Assembly (NCBI GenBank): GCA_046537975.1
Contig: JBKHJR010000002.1
Coordinates: 35,695 to 99,694, forward strand
DNA: 64,000 bases
Direction of reading: 5' to 3'
Source: Desulfurivibrionaceae bacterium
GTDB taxonomy: Bacteria > Desulfobacterota > Desulfobulbia > Desulfobulbales > SURF-16
In this document: one piece after another, positions 30,388 to 38,360 of the stretch
Position numbering within the stretch: the first letter of the stretch is position 1
How the letters are laid out: every line of letters begins with the position of its first letter
Position numbers and translations under genes: made by a program
Notes under the pieces: generated by a model
The model's input: only the letters and a program-made list of their open reading frames with translations
What the model was told of the DNA's origin: nothing
Database searches by the model: none

Positions 30388-30396
30388 AACGGTGGC

Positions 30397-30510
30397 CGGA
30401 GATCGGAAGTCGGAAGTTGGAAGTCGGAGATCAAAAGACAAAAGGAAGAAGACAGAGGTCAGACAACAGCAGCCTAAGTTTTTAATCTTGCACCTTGCAC
30501 CTTGAACCTT
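30397..30510 (+). repeat. Composite heptad element, copy A (dprA-topA spacer)
   Basis: Units in one register from 30397: CGGAGAT CGGAAGT CGGAAGT TGGAAGT CGGAGAT CAAAAGA CAAAAGG AAGAAGA CAGAGGT CAGACAA CAGCAGC CTAAGTT TTTAATC TTGCACC TTGCACC TTGAACC. It begins 10 nt after the dprA stop. It is the reverse-complement homolog of copy F. Confidence 0.9.
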
Positions 30511-30527
30511 AAGCCCTTAAAATATTT

Positions 30528-32795
30528 ATGTCCAAATCATTGATAATTGTCGAATCACCTGCCAAGGCCAGGACCCTCCAGAAATATCTGGGCAGCAGCT
30601 ACGAGGTAAAAGCCTCTGTCGGTCACATCCGTGATCTGCCCGGTAAAGAGATGGGGGTTGATATAGAACACGGTTTTCTGCCCCAATACACAACCATTCC
30701 CGGGAAGGGGAAGATTATTTCGGAAATGAAGAGTGCCGCCAAAAAGGCAGATGCCGTCTATCTGGCCCCTGACCCGGACCGCGAAGGTGAAGCGATCGCC
30801 TGGCATATAGCCGAGGCCATCAAATCCGCCCAGGGCAATATTCACCGGGTCCTTTTCCATGAACTTACCAAAAAGGCGATTATCTCCGCCCTAAATCAGG
30901 CCACGGAGATAGATCAGAATAAATTCGAGGCCCAACAGGCCAGGAGGATTCTGGATCGGCTGGTGGGCTACCAGATCTCCCCCCTCCTGTGGGACAAGGT
31001 GAGACGGGGGCTGAGTGCCGGAAGAGTTCAGTCGGTGGCAGTCCGCATGGTATGTGACCGGGAGCAGGAAATAGAATCGTTCCAGCCCGTGGAATACTGG
31101 TCCATAACCGCCGACCTCGAAGGAAGCAGCCCGCCGCCTTTTCAGGCTCAGCTGGAAAAGGTTGCAGGCAAAAAGGTTGATAAAAAAGACAACCGGATAG
31201 ACAGCGAAGAAACGGCCCAGAGGCTGACAGAGGAGATAAGGCAGGCGGAGATCAGGGTTGCTGAAGTAAATAAGAAGGAAAAGAAGCGCAACCCCCAGCC
31301 TCCGTTCATAACCAGTTCCATGCAGATAGAGGCCAGTAACCGGCTGCGCTTTTCCGCTAAAAAGACCATGACCCTGGCCCAGAAACTCTATGAAGGTGTG
31401 GAGATAGGTTCTGAGGGTCTCAGCGGCCTGATAACCTATATGAGGACCGATTCCACCAGGGTAAGCGACGAGGCCCTGAACCAGGCCCGGGATCAGATCC
31501 GCAAAACCTACGGTGATGACTACCTGCCGGCAAAACCCCGGAAATTCAAATCCAAGGATTCAGCCCAGGATGCCCATGAGGCCATACGGCCTACAGATGC
31601 CGGCCGCACTCCGGAAAAAATGGCTCCTTTTCTGGATAAGGATATGCATAAACTGTATACCCTTATCTGGCAGCGTTTCGTGGCCAGCCAGATGGCCCCG
31701 GCCGTGTTTGACCAGACCACCATCATCCTGGAGGCCGGGGAACACACCCTAAAGGCCGTGGGCAGCATACTGCGTTTTCCGGGCTACCTGAGCCTGTACC
31801 AGGATTCTGCCAAATCGGGCAGCGAGCAGGAAGAAAGCCTCCCCGATCTAAGCGAAGGCGAGCAGGTTGAATTGCTGAAACTGGAGCCCAGGCAGCATTT
31901 CACCCAGCCTCCGCCCCGCTATACCGAGGCCTCTCTGGTCAAGGCCCTGGAGGAGAACGGAGTGGGACGGCCCTCTACTTATGCTGCCATCCTCAGCACC
32001 ATCCAGGAAAAAGAGTATGTGGAGCTGCGGGAAAGAAAATTCTTCCCCACCGACCTCGGCAAGGTGGTTAACGATCTTCTGGTCCGTCATTTTCCGGAAA
32101 TCATGGATATCGATTTTACCGCTTCCATGGAGAGCAAGCTGGATGATGTGGAAGAGGGGGAGCTGGACTGGCAGGAACTGTTAAAAGTTTTTTATACCCC
32201 CTTTCGCCAGACCCTGGAAAAAGCCAAGGAGGAGATGGAGTCGGTCAAGGGCAAGTCCGTTCCCACGGACATCAAGTGTGAGGAATGCGGCGGGACCATG
32301 GTTATCAAGTGGGGAAAGATGGGGGAGTTCCTGGCCTGCGACCAGTATCCGGACTGCCGCAATACCTGTGATTTTGAGAGGGATCAGGAAGGCAGGATAA
32401 TTCCGAAAGAAAAGGAAAAGGAAGAAGAGTCAGAGGAGGTCTGTGAAAAGTGTGGCCGGCAGATGATTTACAAGAAAGGTCGTTACGGCCGGTTTCTGGC
32501 CTGTTCCGGCTATCCCGAGTGTAAAAATATCAGAGCGGAGGGAACCGGGGTCCAATGCCCGGAGGAAAACTGTCCGGGGGAATTAGTAAAAAAAGTTTCT
32601 AAAAAGGGAAAAATATTTTATGCCTGTAACCAGTATCCCAACTGCAGTTATGCCCTGTGGAACAAACCGGTAAATCAGGCCTGCCCGGAATGCGGCTCCC
32701 CGTATCTTATTGAAAAGGAAACCAAAAAACAGGGCCGCCATTTAAGGTGTCCCGACAAAAAATGCGGCTATACCAAAAAGCTGGACGAGGAATAA
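30528..32795 (+). CDS. topA: DNA topoisomerase I
   Basis: 755 aa. Toprim IVESPAKA, active-site region YMRTDS and C-terminal tandem CxxC zinc ribbons. Confidence 0.95.
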   Translation: MSKSLIIVESPAKARTLQKYLGSSYEVKASVGHIRDLPGKEMGVDIEHGFLPQYTTIPGKGKIISEMKSAAKKADAVYLAPDPDREGEAIAWHIAEAIKSAQGNIHRVLFHELTKKAIISALNQATEIDQNKFEAQQARRILDRLVGYQISPLLWDKVRRGLSAGRVQSVAVRMVCDREQEIESFQPVEYWSITADLEGSSPPPFQAQLEKVAGKKVDKKDNRIDSEETAQRLTEEIRQAEIRVAEVNKKEKKRNPQPPFITSSMQIEASNRLRFSAKKTMTLAQKLYEGVEIGSEGLSGLITYMRTDSTRVSDEALNQARDQIRKTYGDDYLPAKPRKFKSKDSAQDAHEAIRPTDAGRTPEKMAPFLDKDMHKLYTLIWQRFVASQMAPAVFDQTTIILEAGEHTLKAVGSILRFPGYLSLYQDSAKSGSEQEESLPDLSEGEQVELLKLEPRQHFTQPPPRYTEASLVKALEENGVGRPSTYAAILSTIQEKEYVELRERKFFPTDLGKVVNDLLVRHFPEIMDIDFTASMESKLDDVEEGELDWQELLKVFYTPFRQTLEKAKEEMESVKGKSVPTDIKCEECGGTMVIKWGKMGEFLACDQYPDCRNTCDFERDQEGRIIPKEKEKEEESEEVCEKCGRQMIYKKGRYGRFLACSGYPECKNIRAEGTGVQCPEENCPGELVKKVSKKGKIFYACNQYPNCSYALWNKPVNQACPECGSPYLIEKETKKQGRHLRCPDKKCGYTKKLDEE

Positions 32796-32801
32796 AAAAC
32801 G

Positions 32802-32817
32802 TGGCCCGGCATTTGCA
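32802..32817 (+). promoter_or_regulatory. Candidate sigma-54 (-24/-12) promoter
   Basis: TGGCCCGGCATTTGCA versus the consensus TGGCACG-N4-TTGCW. GG and GC have the correct 12-nt offset, with one mismatch in the -24 box. It sits 7 nt after the topA stop and about 225 nt upstream of ORF 33041. Confidence 0.5.
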
Positions 32818-33040
32818 AAGTTGTAAGCAGGACCAGTAATTTAAACCGGACCATAATGTTCCGGAGGTACGGTAACCAGTTGAAATTTTAAACGTTTCGC
32901 TTCACCCAGAACCACTAACAAACACTGTGCAATGTTCCTGAATATACATACCAACTGTAAGCATAATCTCTTACATGAAATTTGTCGGTTTTATCAAAAA
33001 GATAAATCAACCCGAAAAGTTCAGTAAAGGAGCTTGAGTT

Positions 33041-33394
33041 ATGATCTCCGGTGTAAGAAATTCCCTGTCGGCTCTCCAGGCTTTCCAGACCAGGCAGAAT
33101 GCGACTGCCGACAATGTCGCCAATGTGAATACAGAAGACTATAAAAAAACAGAGGTCACTCTGGATGGGGGGCAAAACGATTCGGTCCGGGTCCGTACCG
33201 AAAAAGTTGACACCCCGGGTCCCCTGGTCTCCGAAGAAACCGGCCGGGGCAGTGAGCTGGTGGAAAAGTCAAATGTGGAACTCAGCGAGGAACTGCCCGA
33301 GTCCATGTTGAATAAGCGGCATTTTGAGGCCAATGTCAAGATGATTGAGCAGGCCGACGAAATGACCGGGGCCCTGCTCGATATAGTCAGTTAG
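33041..33394 (+). CDS. Minimal flagellar axial-family (rod/hook D0-type) protein, orphan
   Basis: 117 aa. The N-terminal LSALQAFQTRQNATADNVANVNTEDYKK fits the Flg_bb_rod signature. The C-terminal SNVELSEELPESMLNKRHFEANVKMIEQADEMTGALLDI fits the rod/hook C-terminal helix. Good SD (AAAGGAG, 8 nt). No other flagellar gene is in the window. Confidence 0.6.
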   Translation: MISGVRNSLSALQAFQTRQNATADNVANVNTEDYKKTEVTLDGGQNDSVRVRTEKVDTPGPLVSEETGRGSELVEKSNVELSEELPESMLNKRHFEANVKMIEQADEMTGALLDIVS

Positions 33395-33404
33395 CAGCCG
33401 GGTG

Positions 33405-34697
33405 TTATCCTCTCGAGAACCTTATCTCCCCGTCCATTATGGTCAGAACCGCCCTGCCTTTCAGCTGCCGGCCCAGAAAAGGTGAGTTCCTGCTTTTGGA
33501 GACCACTTCCTCCGGCTGGTAGGTAAACTCCTGTTCAGGATCGATCACTGTTAAGTCCGCTACTGCCCCCTCCTCCAGCGAGCCTCCTTCCACCCCCAGA
33601 ACACGCGCAGGGTTGAGGGACATCAGCTCTACCATCCCGGCGGGAGTCAGGATTTTTTCCCTGACCAGGGCCAGAGCAAGAGGGACTGCGGTTTCAAGGC
33701 CTGTTATGCCGTTGGCCGCTTCCTCGAATTCCAGATCCTTTTCCAGGGTGCTGTGGGGGGCATGGTCAGAGGCAATCACATCGAGAGTTCCGTCTTCCAA
33801 GCCCCGGCGTACTGCCTCCCTGTCCCGGGAATTCCTCAGTGGTGGATTCATCTTGGCATTGGTATCGTACTGTCCCACCGCCTCTTCGCTCAAGGTGAAA
33901 TAGTGGGGGGCCGTTTCCGCTGTAACCCTGACCCCTCGTTCTTTTGCCCTTCTGATCAGGTCAACCGCTTCTCCGGTGGAAATATGGGCCAGGTGAATGG
34001 GCCGCTTCAGGTATTCGGCCAGGGCGAGATCCCGGTAGACCATAATGGTTTCCGCCACGGAAGGAATACCGCGCAGCCCCATCCTGGTCGAGATGGGGCC
34101 TTCATTCATGCCCCCGTTTTTACTGAGTGACGATTCTTCAGGATGGGAGATGACGAGCATGTCATAGTTTGCTCCATACTCAAGGGCCCGCCGCATAAAG
34201 AGGCTGCTGATCACTGGACGGCCGTCATCGGAAAAGGCAACAGCCCCCGCCTTCTTTAACTCCCCGAAAGGGGCCAGCGACTCTCCTTCACTGTTTTTGC
34301 TTACCGCCCCCACCGGGTAGACCCGGGCCGGACAGCCGGCGGCCTTGGTAAGGATCATCGAGGTCACCGTTTCCGAGTCATTGACCGGACGGGTATTGGG
34401 CATGCAGGCAACCGCTGTGAACCCTCCGGCAGCAGCGGCCCTGGTTCCGCTGGCTATGGTTTCCTTATACTCTTCACCGGGCTCCCGGAGATGGACGTGC
34501 ATATCTATAAGACCGGGAGTCAGCCATTTGCCCTCGATGTCAATATGTTGACATCCTTCCGGGGCTTCAAGAGACCCAGGGCTGGCGACCGCTTCAATCC
34601 TGCCATTGCTTACCAGTATCTCCCCTTTTTGATCCAGGTTGTTGCGGGGATCTATGATGCGGGCATTGCTAAGAAAAATTTTTTTACTATTTTTCAT
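33405..34697 (-). CDS. pyrC: Dihydroorotase
   Basis: 430 aa amidohydrolase with DMHVHLREPG and the later His/Asp ligands (SDHAPH). Confidence 0.9.
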   Translation of the reverse strand: MKNSKKIFLSNARIIDPRNNLDQKGEILVSNGRIEAVASPGSLEAPEGCQHIDIEGKWLTPGLIDMHVHLREPGEEYKETIASGTRAAAAGGFTAVACMPNTRPVNDSETVTSMILTKAAGCPARVYPVGAVSKNSEGESLAPFGELKKAGAVAFSDDGRPVISSLFMRRALEYGANYDMLVISHPEESSLSKNGGMNEGPISTRMGLRGIPSVAETIMVYRDLALAEYLKRPIHLAHISTGEAVDLIRRAKERGVRVTAETAPHYFTLSEEAVGQYDTNAKMNPPLRNSRDREAVRRGLEDGTLDVIASDHAPHSTLEKDLEFEEAANGITGLETAVPLALALVREKILTPAGMVELMSLNPARVLGVEGGSLEEGAVADLTVIDPEQEFTYQPEEVVSKSRNSPFLGRQLKGRAVLTIMDGEIRFSRG

Positions 34698-34715
34698 AAT
34701 AAGGTGTCCGGGTTT

Positions 34716-34728
34716 GAGAGATCAGAAT
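34716..34728 (-). promoter_or_regulatory. Leader motif UUCUGAUCUC about 25 nt upstream of the pyrC start
   Basis: The plus strand reads GAGAGATCAGAAT. The same GAGATCAGR string recurs at the same distance upstream of two other minus-strand starts (54591-54599; 56611-56619 and 56625-56633). Confidence 0.4.
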
Positions 34729-34772
34729 ATATCCTTTCAGGAATTGCCGCTAATTGTCCATTCTTTCCCCTG

Positions 34773-35732
34773 TCAGCCTTCTCCCCCTAAAGCATGGAAG
34801 AGAAGAGCCATTCGCACTGCCACCCCGTTTGTTACCTGATCCAGAATCACGGATCTGGGACCGTCCGCCAGTTCGGGGTCCAGTTCGACCCCCCGGTTTA
34901 CTGGTCCGGGGTGCATTATAATGGCGTCGGTTCTGGCACGCTCAAGCATTTTGTTGTTTAAGCCGAAAAAAGTGGCGTACTCGCGCCGAGAGGGGATCAG
35001 GGGGTCAAACTGCCTTTCCTGCTGAATTCGCAGCCCCATTACCACATCTGCATCTTCCACCGCCTCTTCAACCGAATAACAGACCTTGGCCCCTAATTCT
35101 TCCACTCCCCACGGCATAAAGGTCGCGGGACCGCTGACATATACTTCAGCACCCATTTTGTTGAATCCGAGAATATTGGAATGGGCTACCCGGCTATGGC
35201 CTATGTCTCCGATAATGGCAACTTTCAACCCTGATATGCTCTCCTTTTTCTCCTGCACTGTCATCAGGTCAAGCAGGGCTTGGGAGGGGTGCTCATGGCA
35301 GCCGTCTCCGGCATTAATGACGGCAGCTTTGGTGTGACGGGTGACAAGGAGAGGGGCGCCGGATCTGGCATGCCGGATAATAATGATGTCCGGATTCATG
35401 GCGTTGAGGTTTTTTACGGTATCTATCAGGGTCTCCCCTTTTACCGCACTGCTGCTGGAAGTGGAGATGTTAAAGGTATCTCCGCTCATTCTTTTGCCGG
35501 CAAGTTCAAAAGAGAGGCGGGTGCGGGTGCTCGGCTCAAAAAAAAGGTTGATTATTGTTTTGCCGCGCAGAGTTGGAACCTTTTTGATAGGGCGGCTGGA
35601 AATTTCTTTAAAGGATTGGGCGGTATTCAGTATGAAATCGATGTCTTCGGCAGACAGGTCTGCTATTCCCAGGATATGTTTATGGCGGAATTGATAATCA
35701 TTGTTCCGGGATTGAGAAACCATTTCAACCAT
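34773..35732 (-). CDS. pyrB: Aspartate carbamoyltransferase catalytic subunit
   Basis: 319 aa with [19 protein letters not shown] and HPGP motifs. No pyrI or pyrR is adjacent. Confidence 0.95.
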   Translation of the reverse strand: MVEMVSQSRNNDYQFRHKHILGIADLSAEDIDFILNTAQSFKEISSRPIKKVPTLRGKTIINLFFEPSTRTRLSFELAGKRMSGDTFNISTSSSSAVKGETLIDTVKNLNAMNPDIIIIRHARSGAPLLVTRHTKAAVINAGDGCHEHPSQALLDLMTVQEKKESISGLKVAIIGDIGHSRVAHSNILGFNKMGAEVYVSGPATFMPWGVEELGAKVCYSVEEAVEDADVVMGLRIQQERQFDPLIPSRREYATFFGLNNKMLERARTDAIIMHPGPVNRGVELDPELADGPRSVILDQVTNGVAVRMALLFHALGGEG

Positions 35733-35756
35733 CCTGTAGTATTAATTGGGAGTTAA

Positions 35757-35912
35757 TACTTAGTGTCCCTCCAGGAAACGGCCCTTTTGCCCGATCTCTG
35801 TGTCACAGCAAAAATAAAAAATGCTCACACATACCCAATATGCTGCGCTTTTTTATTTTCACTGTTCCTTGACCTCGAACAAAAAATCTCGTTTCTGGAT
35901 GGACACTAAGTA
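35757..35912. repeat. 156-bp long imperfect palindrome in the pyrB upstream region (MITE-like or leader RNA structure)
   Basis: The outer arms TACTTAGTGTCCCTCCAGGAAACG (35757-35780) and CGTTTCTGGATGGACACTAAGTA (35890-35912) pair. The inner arms CAGCAAAAATAAAAAATGC (35806-35824) and GCGCTTTTTTATTTTCACTG (35845-35864) also pair. Between the two stems there is roughly a 25x25 nt unpaired interior. Confidence 0.7.
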
Positions 35913-36178
35913 GGATTATTATATCGCTTTTCTCCGGGCCTGAAAATCTGTAAATCAATCCGATCCGTAACCCTTATTCCATAACCCTTATTATATTGAT
36001 ATCTAAAAACTGCAATTAGTAATTGGCTGTTAGCGGTTAGCCGGGCAAATGACCTGATTAAGCCAATGGGTGACTGACTTGCAGTTTACCATACCTGAAG
36101 GTACGTTATGATAAGGTATCTGACTGAATATTCCATTCAGGAAATTTGTGAATCTCCTTAAATGGACTCTACCATGAT

Positions 36179-36210
36179 AATCAGCTGTTATCTTAAGAAA
36201 ACAGCTGATT
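36179..36210 (-). terminator. Hairpin just downstream of lepB (possible terminator, no clear U-tract)
   Basis: 11-bp perfect stem AATCAGCTGTT / AACAGCTGATT with a 10-nt loop, 8 nt from the lepB stop. Confidence 0.35.
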
Positions 36211-36217
36211 GCAATAT

Positions 36218-36832
36218 TTAATTAATAACATCTCCGATCCGGGACCATCTGGGGCTGAATTCCTCCCTGTCCCATGACCAGTAGAGGATAAAGGCCTTGC
36301 CCTTTAAGGCCTTGAAATTGACAAAGCCCCAGAATCTGCTGTCGTGACTGTTGTCACGATTGTCTCCCATGACGAAAAGGGAGTTTTCAGGGACCGTGGC
36401 CGGCCCGTAATTGTCCCGGGGGGACAGTTCGCCGGGAATAACCTGGGAGTCAAGATGGACAGCGGATTCCACCTTGAAGCGTTCGCCGTTGACATATACT
36501 TTTTTATCGACAATTTTAATCCGGTCTCCGGGGAGACCTATCACTCTTTTGATAAAATCCTTGGACGGATCCGGTGGATATTCAAAAACAACAATATCTT
36601 TCCGTTCCGGTTCCCCCACAGGAATCAGAACCGAATCGGTAACAGGATTTTTTATACCGTAAATAAATTTATTTACCAGAAGATGGTCGCCGATCTTAAG
36701 TGTAGGCAGCATAGAACCTGAAGGTATTTTAAAAGCCTGAACCACAAAAGTTCTGATGAAAAGAGCCAGAATAAGGGCAATTATGATAGCTTCTGCGTAT
36801 TCCCTTATCGTTGATTTTTTCTTTTTTGACAA
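36218..36832 (-). CDS. lepB: Signal peptidase I
   Basis: 204 aa. Catalytic Ser box IPSGSMLPTL, Lys box, and GDNRDNSHDSRFWG. Confidence 0.9.
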   Translation of the reverse strand: MSKKKKSTIREYAEAIIIALILALFIRTFVVQAFKIPSGSMLPTLKIGDHLLVNKFIYGIKNPVTDSVLIPVGEPERKDIVVFEYPPDPSKDFIKRVIGLPGDRIKIVDKKVYVNGERFKVESAVHLDSQVIPGELSPRDNYGPATVPENSLFVMGDNRDNSHDSRFWGFVNFKALKGKAFILYWSWDREEFSPRWSRIGDVIN

Positions 36833-37127
36833 GGATAACTCCTTTGGTATGAATGTTGCTTTCTGTTCCTGGTAAAGAGTTTTCTATTTTTAAACCATAA
36901 ATGATTATTAAACAAGCAAATTTCACACATCGGCAGTAGAAGGCGAGGATGATTTAAAAAAGCTTAATCCGGCACCGGTGCGCAGGAGGCAGGCTTGTGA
37001 TCATCCGGTCAGCATGTTTGCGGAAAACGGTCATGCCCAATATGTTGTAGTTGTAAAAAGGTGATACCCCCTAAATATCGGACAAGTTTAAATTCAAGAT
37101 TTTTGAATTATTTTTTTGCAAAAAAAT

Positions 37128-37156
37128 TAGACAGTTATCCTTTTGTTGGTTATAAT
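37128..37156 (+). promoter_or_regulatory. Sigma-70-type promoter upstream of pilM
   Basis: TAGACA (37128-37133), exactly 17 nt of spacer, then perfect TATAAT (37151-37156). It sits in a very A/T-rich tract about 75 nt upstream of the pilM ATG. Confidence 0.5.
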
Positions 37157-37229
37157 CGGAATCAATAAAAAATTTAACTAAAAAAAATAGAGCTATTAAA
37201 ATTATATATCTTATAAAAAAGTCCTGAAA

Positions 37230-38297
37230 ATGAATTTTACACCATCTCTGCATACCGGACAGCAACTTACTGTAGCCCTGGATATAGGCTCTCACAGCGT
37301 TAAGGTTTGTGAGCTTAAAAAAAGCGGCAAAGGATTGAAGCTCAACAAGCTGGGTAGTGCCGTCCTGCCGGAAGGGGTGGTGGTGGACGGAGAGGTCCAG
37401 GATCCCGAAGCTGTCACCGCTATCATCATTAATCTTTTTAAGAATCTTAAAATTAAGAATAAAAAAGTTGGCTTTTCCATATCCGGGTACTCCGTTATTC
37501 TGAAGAGAATAAATCTCACCCTGGCGAGTGACCAGGATCTGGATAGCCATATCTATTCAGAAGCTGAACAGTATATCCCCTTTGATGTGTCCGAAGTATA
37601 CCTTGATTATCAGGATATAAGCAACACCTCCACCAGGAAAGGGCAAACCGATGTTATGCTGGTAGCCGCCAGAAAAGAGGTTGTGGATGCCTATCTTGAT
37701 ATTCTGCGGAATGCGGGTCTGAAAACGGCCCTGGTGGATGTGGATGCCTTTGCCCTGGAAAACAGTTATGAGACAAATTGTGCTTCGGAAAATAATGTCC
37801 TTTTAGTGGATATCGGTGCCTCTACCATTAATCTCAATGTTGTCTCCGGAGGGAGTTCTCTTTATGCCAGAGACGCCTCCACCGGCAGCGGCCTGATCAC
37901 GGAACAGATCCAGGAAAGGTGCGGTGTGAGTCCGGAAGAGGCCGAGTCCTTCAAGGTAGGGTTAAAGCCGGTTCCGGAGGAGTTAAGGGGAGATGTAGAA
38001 GAGATATTTGTCGATGCGGTCAATGACTGGCTGAAAGAAGTGCAGAAGGCCATTGATTTTCATGGCACCAATCACCCGGAAACAAAGCTGGATAAGATTG
38101 TCTTAAGCGGCGGCGGCTCAAAAATAGAGGGCTTGGACATTCTGTTCAGGAAAGAAACAGGACTTCCGGTCGAGTATTTTTATCCTTTTGCAGGGGTTCA
38201 GGCGGATGACAAGAAAATCGATCCTGAATATTTAAAAACCATAGCCCCGGAAATGGCTATTGCCATGGGCATGGCATCAAGGACGGCACCGTTTTAA
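37230..38297 (+). CDS. pilM: Type IV pilus assembly protein PilM
   Basis: 355 aa actin-like ATPase fold (LDIGSHSVKV, VDIGASTINL, LSGGGSKIEGL). It leads a pilMNOP-secretin gene order. Confidence 0.9.
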   Translation: MNFTPSLHTGQQLTVALDIGSHSVKVCELKKSGKGLKLNKLGSAVLPEGVVVDGEVQDPEAVTAIIINLFKNLKIKNKKVGFSISGYSVILKRINLTLASDQDLDSHIYSEAEQYIPFDVSEVYLDYQDISNTSTRKGQTDVMLVAARKEVVDAYLDILRNAGLKTALVDVDAFALENSYETNCASENNVLLVDIGASTINLNVVSGGSSLYARDASTGSGLITEQIQERCGVSPEEAESFKVGLKPVPEELRGDVEEIFVDAVNDWLKEVQKAIDFHGTNHPETKLDKIVLSGGGSKIEGLDILFRKETGLPVEYFYPFAGVQADDKKIDPEYLKTIAPEMAIAMGMASRTAPF

Positions 38298-38360
38298 CAG
38301 TGGCAGGTGGACAGGGTAAACTGAGGACCAAAAACTCTTAATTCTGAACTAATAATAGAG

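Noticed and set aside
32863-32875. Identical 13-mer GGAGGTACGGTAA at 32863-32875 (leader of the axial-protein gene) and 38978-38990 (SD region directly before the pilO ATG).
   Set aside because: This is unlikely by chance for 64 kb, but it is only a single pair and one copy is simply the pilO ribosome-binding site. At 32863 it would precede only a 3-codon TTG ORF. I could not build a functional argument.
37071-37550. Minus-strand 159-aa ORF overlapping the pilM promoter and pilM 5' end.
   Set aside because: It lies in an extremely A/T-rich promoter tract and opposite the well-supported pilM. Its composition (Ile/Phe/Asn/Lys-rich) reflects A/T bias, not coding.
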